Shown: positions 21,583 through 38,249 of the stretch, one piece after another | How positions within the stretch are numbered: position 1 is the stretch's first letter | Layout of the letters: the number at the start of each line of letters is the position of its first letter | NCBI RefSeq assembly: GCF_964355755.1 | Contig: NC_092671.1 | Coordinates: 9,982,001-10,046,000, forward strand | DNA from: Antedon mediterranea | Taxonomy: Eukaryota > Animalia > Echinodermata | Reading direction: 5' to 3' | DNA: 64,000 nucleotides | The notes under the pieces: generated by a model | Told to the model about the DNA's origin: nothing | The model's input: the letters and a program-made list of their open reading frames with translations, nothing else | Databases searched by the model: none | Program-made: the position numbers and the translations under genes

Positions 21583-24500
21583 TCAAAGTGGAAGAAGATG
21601 TGTTGTATCAGAAGTATGATCATCTTGAAAATCTAAAGATGACTTAGCTCTACTCGTTAAATGCGTTGTACGAGGGCGCCTTTCATATTGTGTGTAACTC
21701 CTATCCTGTTCTCTTAAATAACCTGTTTCTCCGGCCGAACGAATAGCTTTGTTTTCTTCACGCTTAGTGCATGGAGCACTCAACGGACGTGTTAATGCAA
21801 GTTTTGGAATGTGGTCTGTGTTGGGATTGGAACATGCGATACTTATGTTGGATCTATTTTTGACGTGGACAAGCATCTGAAAGAAGTATAAATAATAGTT
21901 AATTAATTATCAAGTTATATTTTCATTTATATTATATATAATACTGTATATTATGTATCTCTAAAGCACTGTCCACACTATCAAACTTTATGTGACAAAA
22001 AAATGTGATGTGCCAATATATGGACATGATAATATATCCCTAACATATTTGGGCACATCACACTTGTCAAACTAGTAGACAGAGCTTTAAAATTACTTGT
22101 GTCTAAATCCTGTTTCTTTGGTCTTCGTGTGGACGTGCAGTGAAATACAAATCATTTTCAATCTAACATCTGGTTCTCTATACCATTGAAGCATATAAGT
22201 TCATACTTAAATTAGCCATCAAATCATAATGAGCTATGCAGTTATTATTACTGCCACAAAAATCAGTTTTATGGTTTTGATAATGTTTAATAAATCAACA
22301 AACACAAAGCATGCACATTAAATTCATGCACATTCTTGATGGCAACCGAACATTAAAACATTAATGAACCTATGGTTCAGTCTGAACATACTCAGATAGA
22401 TTCAAAGTGAATGAAATGAAAAATTAAAGACTAAACATCAATCAAACAATGATGTAAACTAAGACAAAAACCACATGCTGCAAACCGCATACTCAACATA
22501 TGTAGGGGTTTATGGTGATGGTGGAAGGAGGGTTGGTTCAAAGAGGCATGCTGAGGTTGGAATAGAGATAAAAGAGTTGAAAGATTTTATCCGAAGGAAC
22601 TGTATGTATGGAACACAAAAACAAAACACAAATTAAACAGTAATTGACTGTCATGAATAAAATAACTGACTCACCAGCAATATTTGACAGCATGCAAGAT
22701 TATCAGAGGGGGGGGGGGGGGGGAGGGCAGATGAAGGTGAAAGATGGAGGGGGCCAAGAAATTAAACTTTATTAATAAAGATTATTATAGTTTGAAAGAG
22801 AGATATTGGGTCTGGGGGAAATTGGTGTGGTTCGGTGGAAATCTGATATGATCAGAAGAATGGAACACTTCAAGATAGCTTTGATGGCATGGGAAGAGAC
22901 ATTGAGAAAGGTATACAGACATTGGGAAGGGAGATATTGGAAAAGAGGAGACACTGGGAAGGGGATAATCATGCAATTGGGTGGCAACAGATGTAAAAAG
23001 AAATGAAAACTCACCGCGCTTTGTACAGACGGAGCTAAAAGATTATATAGAATACATTTAAAAAGTGCAATGAAAAAATATTATAATTTGCAATGAAGTT
23101 TTCATATTTAAGCCAACCTGCAAAGATTAATTTATGAAAACAGACTTTGGTATAATTAATAAATCAATGTACAATATTAAATGAGACCAAACTACTCCAC
23201 ACATAATCTGTAATACATTGAATATATAGGAATAAAACATCATTCCCATTGTGTACCAGAGTGATCATAATTGATTTATTTACCTGCATAATTTCTTTAG
23301 TACTACTCAATTTCTCCATTCTCCTAACCTCCCCTTGTGATTTCTCATCAAATAGTTGGTCACATTTCTGCATGTATCTTCTCCTAAAGAGTCACAATCA
23401 CATCATCAATATGTTATTTGAGGACAATAATACATGTTTAGCCCAAGATGTTCAAAATGTCTTTAGTAAATACAGTGTACAATTGTTTCTAATGTAGTTA
23501 CAAAACAATGATGATAGTAGGTGTGTGTGTGTGTGCATGAGACAGACTAAAACACGGTCCCACAAGGTCCTTATTTGGAGAATTTATGTTTTCATAACCA
23601 TAGTTGTTATCATACAATACCTTAATTCAGAATTATCAATCATTAGATTGTTTATCTGTTGTTTGTATTTATCATCAACTTCATCTACTTTCTCTTCAAA
23701 ATTTTCTTCAAATCCAATCAACCGTCTCTTCTGCGAAAGAAAATCACAATTTAATCAAAAAGGCTACTAGAATAATTTCAAGAAAAATGCATAGTCAAAT
23801 AAAACACCCATTATGATTTATTCAATATTTCATAAATTTATTATTTTATCATCAGGTTTATTGAAAACATCAAAATGTATGCAAACAATTAATCTGCTCA
23901 GTATACACGGTTATGTTCAAATGTTTATTCTTCATCTATCATTACAAATCAAAAGTTTTCTAGTTAGACAGTGACAAACCCATCACCACTTACTGTTATT
24001 TCAAGTTCTGCCCTTGTTTCAGCTAACTTTGATTTAGCAACCACCAGATTTTCCACAGTATCTTCAAGCTCTGCCTGTACAGATTTCAGCTGTTCAAGAG
24101 CTTTCTTCAGGTTTTGTACATCATCAGATGTACTTGAAAACTTCTTTAACATGCTCTATATAAAATAAAACAACTGGTAATATAATAGGTTCAAGGGAAG
24201 ATATATAATATCAAGTGGACATGCCAATGAGATGATCTCATTGGCTCTTTCTATCATGACGTTGGCAAATATGGTAGTCATATGCCCAAATGTGGTAGTG
24301 ATATGACATCATCATGTCCATATAAGGGCGCATCACATTTATTTGTGACATAAAGTTTGATAGTGTATACAGGGCTTTAGGTAACCATTCCTTCAGCCAT
24401 CCTTTTGCCAGGGCTGTGATGTACTGTACCAAAACACCAAGAGGCTATCCTTTACTATTCCAAAAGATGCACTGAGAATAAAAACAAAATCATTCAAATT

Positions 24501-27500
24501 CTTGGATACTAACATTTTGCAATGATATAATCTGTTTTTGTATTTTAAAATATTATCTTACATCAATTTCTTTTTTGTGGTCACTGGATGAAATTTGCAT
24601 CTGCCGATGAAACTCTCTGGTCATGAGGTTTTTCTCCCTCAGTTTTTCTTCAAGTAGTTGTGTTTCTGAAAATATAATAATCAGGGTTAAAATAAATTAT
24701 TCATGAATATAGTGAGAAAGAAATCTATTCCATATAATATTATTTTTTAACCATTTTGTACAGAAATAACAGTAATAGTATATTAATTTAAAGGTACTGA
24801 CACAGAAAAATATCTTACTTAGTTCATGCATGTGTTTGTCCATTTCTTCCTGGAACAGCACCTTTAAGTCACCTTCTCGTTTCTTCCATTTATCCTCCAT
24901 ATCTTGAGCTAAGGTTGTTTTATATGCTTCAAATGCACCTTGCAAAAACTCCATCTCACCCTTTAAACGTGCTTCAATGAAAAGGACAAAAAATGAAATA
25001 TGATTAATACAATTCTGTTTTTATTTTAATACAATTCTTTTCAAAATTTATTGTGAAAAACCAACTGAAAAACATGTGTTCAATACCTTTCTCATCCATA
25101 ATCACATCAATAACATAACTAGTAGGGGGTAAAGAAAGTATATTAAACTTACAATATGCAGCATCACTACCATTCTTTTGATGCTCCAACTCTTTCTTTT
25201 GTAACTGTTTCACTAAATCTAATTCCTCCCTGTGATCATTTACAAGTACATTTATCTCATCTTTGTACCTTTCTTCCAGGTCCATAAGCTTGGCTTTTAA
25301 ATTCACAGCAGCCTATAATAAATGAAAATTAATTACAAATAAAAATCATCTTAAAACAAGAATAGCTAAATCGGTTGGCTTCACACAGTTTAGAAAATAA
25401 ACCTTTTCGGCAATGCTTGAGGTTACAATAGCTATTAATAATTAGAGATAATAATTTTCTACAACATTGATGATAACAGCATCCTTTTCGGATGAGCGGT
25501 TAAGCAGAATGAGGGTCGTGAAATAAAAAAAAAATTAATTAAAAACCAATGTTGAAAGCATATATATCATAAATGTCATACCAATTAAATGAATTCAAGT
25601 GTGATGAACGTAAATTAAAAATGTGCAAAATTCACCTTATCTCGTGTGTTTTTATGATTCATGCGCTCCTCCTCTAAATATAAGGTCAGGTCAGTGACCT
25701 GATTCTGTAGTTGAAAAATTAAAGAGTCCCTATACAAAGATAACTTGAAAGTTAATACAACTATTATAAAATGTCATTTACCAAAAAATCTAAAGCGTCC
25801 ATTTGTCATTTACTTAAATTTGTTTAGTTTTTAATTCCTAATCTTCATAATTACTGTCAAAGAACAAAATATGAAACTGAGTGAAGAAAATAAATGTTTA
25901 AAGTGGACATTTCATATTTCTACCTGTTATTCTGAGTCCATGTGGTCAGTCTATTATTCGGGACATTTTTCCCCATTTTTAAAGGTCCTTTAACAGAGTG
26001 TAAACTTGGCAACTTAGTAAAACGTGTCATTTCTTTGGCTTTGTTAAATCTTCTATGTTATTGATATTATACACATTTATGACACATTACACAGTATATA
26101 TGATACATTATCACAACATCAGTATGACATAATATAACATTACACAATCATTAAACATACATTAGTATTACACAACATCGATATAACATGCGTTTTGAAA
26201 GATAGCAGGACATCAACAAAACAAATGATGATGTATGAATGTCATAAAGAAATAAGTGAATGAATGAAAAATATAATGAAAAAGAATGAAGAAATGAATA
26301 TATACAAATTATTATTAAATAGCATTTTTTTTTATAGAATGTACAATTATGATTAAATTTTACAGTCCATTAGACATGAAAACACAACAATGAAACATAG
26401 TAATATGTCAGAATATATAATGAGGTATACAGAATGTCAATAACATAATATTGTTTATGGCAGGCATCATAAATTTATAGTCCATTAGTTTAAAAAAGGA
26501 TAAAATTGTCATGATCATAATATTATTATAATACAAGTATAGTGACAATATTTTTAAAGAATGTGCATGCAGAAGTCAAACCGTCCAATCAGCAAATAGT
26601 ATGCAAATGAAGGACAAAGAGAAATAATTTTAAAATCAGTTAGTAAATACATTTTAGTTTTTATTTTAGAATTGTTTTTTTTTAATCCGTGCACATCAAC
26701 ACCATTATAATAACGAAGGTTACTTTGAGTCAATGAGAGCCATTCACCAAGTTGCGTTACAGGCAAGTAACAACCAATCACATCCATGCAATTAAAATAT
26801 ACGCAAAATAAATGTAAATATTAGGGTAATGAGTTCAAAGGTCATGCATACATGTCATGTGGAGTGATAAACTTGCTATTCAAGTAATAGCAAGTTTATT
26901 AGTTATTATTTTATACATGATGTTATCAATATAAATTGTATGAATATGTTTAATGACGTTGTATGTGAAATTGTGTTTACAATAGTATTTAGTATAATCA
27001 TCATTATCTTGTAAAAGTATAGATTTGAAAGTTGTGTTGTGCTTACACAAACATTATTGATTATTAGGGAAATTCACTTTGTGATGATCTACGACCTAGG
27101 AACTTGTTACGTTAGGTTTCACTTCCTCACTCAATTCCTCGATACAGTTTTGATGGATTCTAGGTCCATGCGACAACCAGTCAATTAAACAATATGCGCA
27201 TGTCCTAGATCATTACAAATAAAACGCTCCCATTAATTATAACTATTATTAGAGTGATGATGACTTCATTCATTATTCTTTGTAAGTTTGTTATAATATG
27301 CAGTTAAAAAGAACTGTGGTTAAGAACTGCATAACATTATTTTAGTTTTTTTTAGTTCAATTTGCTGTGTTTTCAGTTACTATTCTTTTTGAAACAAAAA
27401 ACCCATACCTGAGTTGTGTTGTAGATTTAGTAGGAACAGAATTTGAATATTTACACTAAAGATTGTCTAGTCTAATAATTGCACTACTCCCTTTTTTAAA

Positions 27501-30008
27501 CGATGTGATTGGTTGATTTACTTGCTGTAAAAAAGTAAATAAATTGGATTTTTTTAGGTAAATAATTGGTAGAAATTCTATGGATATAATTATTTGGAAG
27601 CATTTGCCCACAACAAAATTTTTAGTAACATTTGACACTACTCAAAAAGGACAATTTTGCACTAAAAATCAGTCTGTCAGGTTGACACAATAATAAATTA
27701 CAAGATATACCACCAGACTACAAAATTATTGTATTAAAATGAAAATTGCATATTTAAAAATATTAGTAAGACCCTTATATCTATACACACTCCATATATG
27801 AAAAACTCTACACCCAGTACAATTTTAAAATAATTATTTCAGTATAAGCAAAACACAGTTATTATTTGATCCACATAACATTAGCCGGCATGTTTCTATA
27901 TCTTACCTTTCTGGATCCTGGTAGGCAGAACTGGATGCAGAGAAGAAATAAGGTTTTGAATGAGGTATTTCATCTACATAGAATCTGATCATTCATAAAT
28001 AATTAAGATAGTTATGATTTTGTTTGTAGATAGGTGTTTGTTTGTAGAGAGGTATAGAAGTTAATGATAAAAAGAATTAAAATTAAGAAAATTATAGATT
28101 ATAAGGGAATAATCCTAAAAAGGTTTCTAAAACACAAAACATATACTTGTATGCCAAAAAGATAACAGTATCTAAATACCAAAATGTACCAAATGAAGAA
28201 TTAAGATAAATTAACAATGGATTATAAAACATAGAAAATGTAGTAAGTCAGAAGAAGACACAGAATTAATATCGATATTTAATTTATTCAAATCATACTT
28301 CTTTTTGTGCTGAAATTAAAAAAAAAAACAATCTTCTGAAAATAAAAAGGTTTGTAGACATAAAAGTAATAAAAGCAGATAGAAAGTAGGAAAAAATGAA
28401 ATCTAATCAAACTGAAGAGTAATAATAAATCAGTAAAAAATAGTATAGAGAACACAAATTATATTTTTTTAGAAAAATTCAATTTATGTTTTCTTTCTGA
28501 TTCCGACAATTTCTGATTCAATTTCTATTCTTTTTGATCTAGCCAAAACCCAACAGAATATAAATATTTTTATTTTTAAACTCCAGTTTAAATTATTTAT
28601 TTATAATTCAATACACAAATAATAATTTTGGTATATTACATTTCTAATGGCAGAATTAAAGCTAAAATGTACCTTTCATTAGGCCTCCTGCTGTGTGTCT
28701 TTGGAAGGTCCATTAATCCAGTGTTGATTGTTACTGCCATTTTACTCCGACTCTTTGTTAGCCTCATCCCAGGCCCCAATGCATATTCTCGTGAGGACTG
28801 GTTGGTAGTAACAAATAATTCATACATATGATTATTATGGAACTATCTAGCCTTTCATTTTCCCGTGTAAGTTGGTTTCATGGAAAATTATCAGTAACTT
28901 CTTCGGTGGGTTATCATTAAAATGTTTTTTTTCTTTTTTTTAAAATTCATTCCACATTTGATCCTTTACTACTTTGCCATAATTACATCAATCTCATAAA
29001 CATTATTATCATCCTTATTACTATATCATCACTACCATTTATACTGTAGTATAATAATCATTAAATCAATAAACATAGTATCATTTTTATTATAACAATT
29101 GAGTAACTCAATTAGTACAGTACCTCTGTGCCTGAAGGTGTTGTCCCACTATTCTTCTTGAGTGGGAGGTGGTTCTCAAAAGCTCTCCTAGCACTCTTAT
29201 CCTTTTCGACTTCATAGAAACGATCACACCGTGCCTTACCAGTAGAGGGTGCACTTTGAGGGGGTCTATATGAAAACGCTGCCTGGTCTTTTTGATCTTC
29301 AGTACTTGGTTGTGACCTGTAAATACAATTTTGTTTTAATTTTTCATTTTGCTAATTTGTTTACCTTAATTTGCTAATTGTAAGATGAATAAAAAAAAAC
29401 CATAATAAATATAGAAAAATAAAGATGAAAAAAAAAAATTCTTACAATGCAACAGGAAAGTGACAATAGGACCTAGATATACTTACTAAAGTAATGCACT
29501 TGTCAATTGTATGACTCACTATACGACCCCCGGGAGAGGTGCGTCATGGGTGCGTCATTTACAAATAATTACTGACGCAGGGGTGCGTCAAAAAACCTAG
29601 ATGGTACGTCACATCAATGAACAAGGTGTGTCAATGTCCGTCACTTTACCACCCACCATATCATAAACAACATGGTCACAGTGCGTCAAAATGGGTGCGT
29701 CATGGTCACCTAAAGGTAAGTCACCTTTTTGACGCACGGGTGCGTCATGGTATTCAAAAGTATGACGCACATCGGACAAATGACGCACCTCTCCCGGGGG
29801 TCGTATAGTGGGTCATACAATTGACAAGTGCATTACTAAAGTAATGTAATACTTACTTTGGCCTTGGCTTTTCTTTGCCTCGTTGAATGCTAGCAAGACT
29901 TCCAATTTTGTATTTATTAGCGGCATGTCGGTCACGGTTTGTAAACTCACCACCGAGAGAAATGGCTGATCGGTTGGCGTTTGGATTGGTTACATTGAAA
30001 TTGCTCAT
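21583..30008 (-). CDS. FLACC1: Flagellum-associated coiled-coil protein, FLACC1/ALS2CR12-like, multi-exon
   Basis: Phase-consistent exons 30008-29857, 29316-29124, 28842-28673, 25729-25636, 25312-25153, 24971-24819, 24665-24562, 24155-23994, 23730-23621, 23383-23284, 21876-21583. Segments LGPGMRLTKSRSKMAVTI, DSLIFQLQNQVTDLTLYLEEERMNH and LQGAFEAYKTTLAQDMEDKWKKRE resemble ALS2CR12 as recalled from memory. Extra internal exons are uncertain. Confidence 0.65.
21964..22087. mobile_element. MITE family A
   Basis: Same TIR and core, with an internal deletion. Confidence 0.8.
24264..24378. mobile_element. MITE family A, reverse, partial
   Basis: ATATGGTAGT...GTGACATAAAGTTTGATAGTGTATACAGGGCTT. Confidence 0.75.
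27079..27218. mobile_element. Degenerate MITE-like inverted repeat
   Basis: TTGTGATGATCTACGAC ... GTCCTAGATCATTACAA are near reverse complements (2 mismatches in 17). Confidence 0.45.
29491..29836. mobile_element. Non-autonomous inverted-repeat DNA element (57-bp TIRs) in an intron of FLACC1-like
   Basis: 29491-29547 and 29780-29836 are reverse complements with one mismatch. Direct repeat TTACTAAAGTAATG overlaps both ends. Many internal TGCGTCA/TGACGCA motifs. Confidence 0.85.
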
Positions 30009-30602
30009 GATTGATCTGTTTGTAGTTTTCAGAGCATAGGCCTATTCATTTTTGTTAAAATATGCCGAGTATGAAAATCTACATTTTTCCTCCTAAAAAA
30101 AATCATCATCAATAGTAAATACAATATTATATAGGCCTATAAGGTAGGCCCCTAGGCCCTACTAGAGCTAGGCGTAATAGCCTAATTACCTTTCCTTAAA
30201 TCGTGTATATTTGCTGTATAACTTATCTATAATTGTGGATTAAACTGAGCTAGGCCTAGGCTAGGCCTAGCCGCGCCCACCTAGGTCCTTTTAATAACAT
30301 ATTGTATTTTTAGGGCCTAGCCTAAGCCCTACATAGTAAGGCCTACGCCGCGCGTAAACAAAACTCCGCTGCTAATAGCAGAGAGAGTAGTAAGTTAGAA
30401 GAAGGGTACGGTAGGCCTCTAGGCTAGGCGCGCAGATAATAAGTAGTTAATTTGACTAAAAATTACTCACAATATATAATTTAGATTAAACTACAAGTGC
30501 TATATATCATATTACAGGTACTAATATTTAATTACAGAAAATACATGAATTAACAAGTTTTCTGTAGCTGTTAAATGCATTTACTTGCTGCTGCTGCTGA
30601 CG

Positions 30603-30616
30603 GTTGCCATGTAATC
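30603..30616. promoter_or_regulatory. RFX X-box-like motif at the presumed FLACC1-like promoter
   Basis: GTTGCCATGTAATC upstream of candidate non-coding first exons; fits RFX control of flagellar genes. Confidence 0.35.
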
Positions 30617-32556
30617 AATTACCGTTGTTCTTAGGCTAATATACCCAGGCTGCCAAGCAATAAACGTCTGTATTCGCGACTACGTTGTAATTTATTTTCT
30701 TTGCACTTATTTTCATTTTATTAAGTCCATTCACAAAACAAAATACAATACATTGGATATTCACTGTATTGTTATACTTTATTTGTTCATGAATAAAATA
30801 CATATTAAAAAACATTGGTCACAATACAAGGTTAGCATTGTCAACAAGAGGTATACTAAGCATAATAGCATTTTAGCTTTTATTAAAATAAAAGAAAGGT
30901 TAGAATGATGGTACTTAAAATACTACTATACTGAATAAATAGAAAGCGTATTTTGCCTTGGAAAACGGAAAACCGAAACACTGTTTTCTAAAATCATAGC
31001 CGAAAATATTTGTATTTCGAGTTAGTACTACCAGCCTAAAGTATGATCATATTTCTCAAAGCTGATTGATATATAAATGCATGTTGTAATTTAATTTAGT
31101 AAAAAAAAATGTAGATAAACAAAGTAAATAGAAAATGAAGATAACGAAATGAAAATAAACATAATGCTTCTAACATTAAGTTTAAACAAAATCTAGTCTC
31201 AACTTAGCCATTTTAATTTTAAATATAGCATGAGTTATGAACGACAAATTATCTTAAACTAAGCTGTGTTTTTAATGGCAATGGCAGAGAATATACAAGC
31301 TGGTATGCAAACTCTGTGATTTGCATATCATTCTACATAAAAGCTTGAATGTCACAGTTATGATTTAAAATTTACCTTTTTAATCAATGTGACAAACTAT
31401 TAGGTCTCAGTATTTCAACAAAACTTTATAAGAAATTATAAATATATTAGCTCATAATTATACAGGTTAAAAAAACTATGGATTGAATAATAGGAACCAT
31501 TGAATAAATTCATAAACACAATGAAACAGAATATCTTGCATAAAAAATAGCACTGTATGATTTAGCAAAAAATATCGGACATTGGGGAAGCTCAAATATC
31601 AAATTACTATCAGTAGTTAGTCGTAATAACCTGTAAAATGTACTGTTATTTAAAAAAAAGTTAACACCAAGTATATTTTTATATATCACTTAATTTTAAA
31701 ATAATATTCACAGTCTATGTTCTCAAGAAAATAGAGAACCAGACTTAGCAACTGGTGTCAGGGAAGTTGACTGTATGTATGTAATGTATAGATGGTCCCA
31801 TAAGACATTAAATAATACTAAAGTATTATAAAATCAGTGTAGTTAACCTATACAATGTTCAATGTCTAGGCCTAGTCTACGTTTAGACAAGTTTTTCTTT
31901 GTTATATTTATTTACACAATTTTTAATCTGATTGGGAGTCAATTTATTCTCATCCTGCTGGTAAAACAGGCTTAATAACAAACGATAGTCAATCCACAAT
32001 TATAATACATGTGTGAATCTAAATTCATTAAACTGGTCACATTTCATGATATATTTCTTCATTTATTACATTACATTAAAAATATTGAATTTTATGAATA
32101 TGAGGATACCAATTGGAACTATTGACACCTATTATTTCAGTTGCATATAAATACTAGTACTACTTTATTTAGAAAATACTGTTATTATTCTATGCAGTAG
32201 GATATTGAATTTTTATACATTTGGACTCTATTTTATCTCAGGACACTGGAGGTACATTGGATGGACCATTTTTACTTTCTTAAACAAGCCGTTTAGAACA
32301 TTACATTACTATACCTATACCATTCATTGGAACAATGCCTACAGACTACATCCTACAGGCATATGAACCTCATCGGCCGAATGTAATATTTTTAAGGATA
32401 TGAACCACACTGTAAATTACCTTGATAATCATTGGTGCGATATGTCATCACACTGCTACCTTAAATTGAGTTGCTGTGACTGACTATCACACACATTAAA
32501 ATGATCATCATGAAGTATAACGTCTAAACTGTATGATGAGTGAATAATAAACACAC

Positions 32557-35700
<3,144 letters not shown>

Positions 35701-36723
35701 TTTTCTTGATTTACATCTCCTCACACTTCCCTCGATAAAGATGCATTATGGGAGGGGCACTTCCGCCATCCTACAAGAGCGCACTCTACAGTTTAAATCA
35801 TTGGTGGTGGTGGTGGTATATATTTTTTTCCATTTCTATGTATAAAATTCTAATTGTCAGTAACATCTCCTATTCAATTCGTATGGAAAAATATCCCTTA
35901 TTTTTACGTAGCAGTGAACGAATTGTTTGAATTGGAAAAAGTATAATGACACTGAAGTTAAAAATTATGCGGGTCTATAAAAATAGTGGATTTTTCTTCC
36001 TTGATGTGCCCGGTGCACAAGACCACCAGAATCAGACGACTACATTATCGTGATAATTTGATGAATAATAAGAATAATACCGCGTATAAATAAATGGATA
36101 GGAGATGAATAATGGATGAATATCGGCCTGAATAACAAAACGTACGGTACATTACCAAAAATATTTTAATTTTTACCGTTGATTTGTTTATGAATTCAAA
36201 TTCAAACCACATGATATTGATGTCTGACTTCTTATTTGAACCGTAGGCCAACTGTACAGAGTCGTAGTCACTGCTGATACATTTATTATCTAATGTTAAA
36301 ATTATGCGATGTCAGTTACAATAATCCGAGCACGTTATATGTCATTCTATAATATAGTAATTTCTATACTGTATACACAGATAGACGATAGACAACGATA
36401 CATAGATGATTAAGAACGGGGACTCTAATTCTCTGCAGAAATGATTGAAACAATAAATTATACGGTGAAATATAATTTTCATCTGTTAGGCCTATAAGTC
36501 ACACCTCAGTGAATACTGTATTATGCGAGAGTACTCTAATTTTATTATTGATAATAATAAATGTAACATTTAAAGCATGTATCAATAGTTATAGCTTGTC
36601 TTAATTTTCTTCCACATTCAGTTTTATTCCTATAGTTTAGTTTTTTCATCATTGTTTCAGCATCATCCTCGATCGTTATCATAATCAAAAACGTCCTCGT
36701 TATCATCACAATCATGCCATTAA

Positions 36724-36738
36724 TCATCATCATCGTCG

Positions 36739-36777
<39 letters not shown>

Positions 36778-36790
36778 ACAACAACAACAA
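36724..36790. repeat. (CAT)n(CAA)n microsatellite
   Basis: Read directly from the sequence. Confidence 0.95.
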
Positions 36791-38249
36791 TAAAAGTATC
36801 ATACCGCAAAGTTTAAACTATTTTAATCATTCTCCCTGCGAATTAAAGATATCGTAAACAATTACCACCTCCTCACCACCCACAATAATTTAAACGATGG
36901 ATTTTGCACATAATTATGACAAATAGTCATAAAAAGGGAATAAAGCCCTTTCAGGATTTGACGTTACAGCATAAAGAATAACACAGCTAATTATAACATT
37001 ATTATAAAATAAATAAAATGAAATGAACAGAAATAAACATAAAAGATACAACTGTTTTTATATCGTGAAGCAGTTTACTTTGTTTCCATAGCAAATGTCC
37101 ACATAGTGACTTAGGAATGTTTAGTTTTATTGTTAAACAAATTAATATAAAGTCTGATGGTGAAATTGTTCGCTCGAGTTGAGAGAAGTAGGACTCCATA
37201 ATAAGCCTACAGGTACTTGTATTTACTTTACGTATAGTGTATTTGTAACAGATCGTGTTTTCACTCTAGTACAGCACATATACATATTTTGTGTTTTAAG
37301 CAGCGGACTATTTACCTCGTGGCAACGATACTGTTTGAAATAATGTAAGTAACCATTTTACGTGACGTAAAGTACTTAATTAGAGTTTCTATCTTCAACG
37401 CGTGGATTGCTTCAGTTTGTGATTTGAAAGTCGACGGCCATGAGCGAACTTACTCTGGCGGTATAAACGCGAGTGACTCTCTCTCAAACAAAATGTAGTA
37501 TACTGTGCCTTATAAGGATATTTTTAACACAGTGAAATTGCAACCAAAATGCTATAAATGGTGGCATAATCGCCATTATTGCAGACTTGGATTTGGTGAG
37601 TAGGTTTACCTCATTATTTAGCTAGGGAACGTACGATATTTTTTTTCTGCATTTAATATTCGTATTGGTCGTGACGGTAATAATAAGTGGTTTGCATTGC
37701 AAAGTGAACTTCGACTCTCTTCAGCTCAATCATCGCAACTATATTCAGTCATTGCTTAATTCTCAATGATCATTGCTATACCATCTCATTTATTTTCAGT
37801 CTTATGAAGCTATTTCTTCTGCAGCATAATGCGAAAGAAAACTCAGTATAGAATAACCATCACCTTTTTTTATCCATTTGCAAATGAAAAATATCAGATA
37901 CGAATACACTAAATACTATGTATTTAAAACGAACCCGCGAGACTGATGTCTGAATCAGGTAAAGATTACTTTTATATATTTAAATGTACTCAAGTGAAAT
38001 TATCTGAAATTTGTTCTTATAATATTGTAACTTTGAATAAGTTATGAGTGGTAAACCCTTTTATTTAAACTGACTCATAATATAATATATATCTTTTCTC
38101 TCTCCCGTGTGCGATTTTGAAAGAGTTGGTTTGCGCACGTTACCAGAGGTGCGCAAGGCGCATTGGGCGCTTGTAATTTAGAGAGAGCGGCGTTTATTCA
38201 GATATTACTTATACCGTATCCATCTGTAAGCTTGATTATTAATCCATAA

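Noticed and set aside
22676-23034. Extra FLACC1-like micro-exons around the poly-G tract (22708-22723)
   Set aside because: Flanking exons already join in frame; the candidate acceptor is poor and the product is low complexity.
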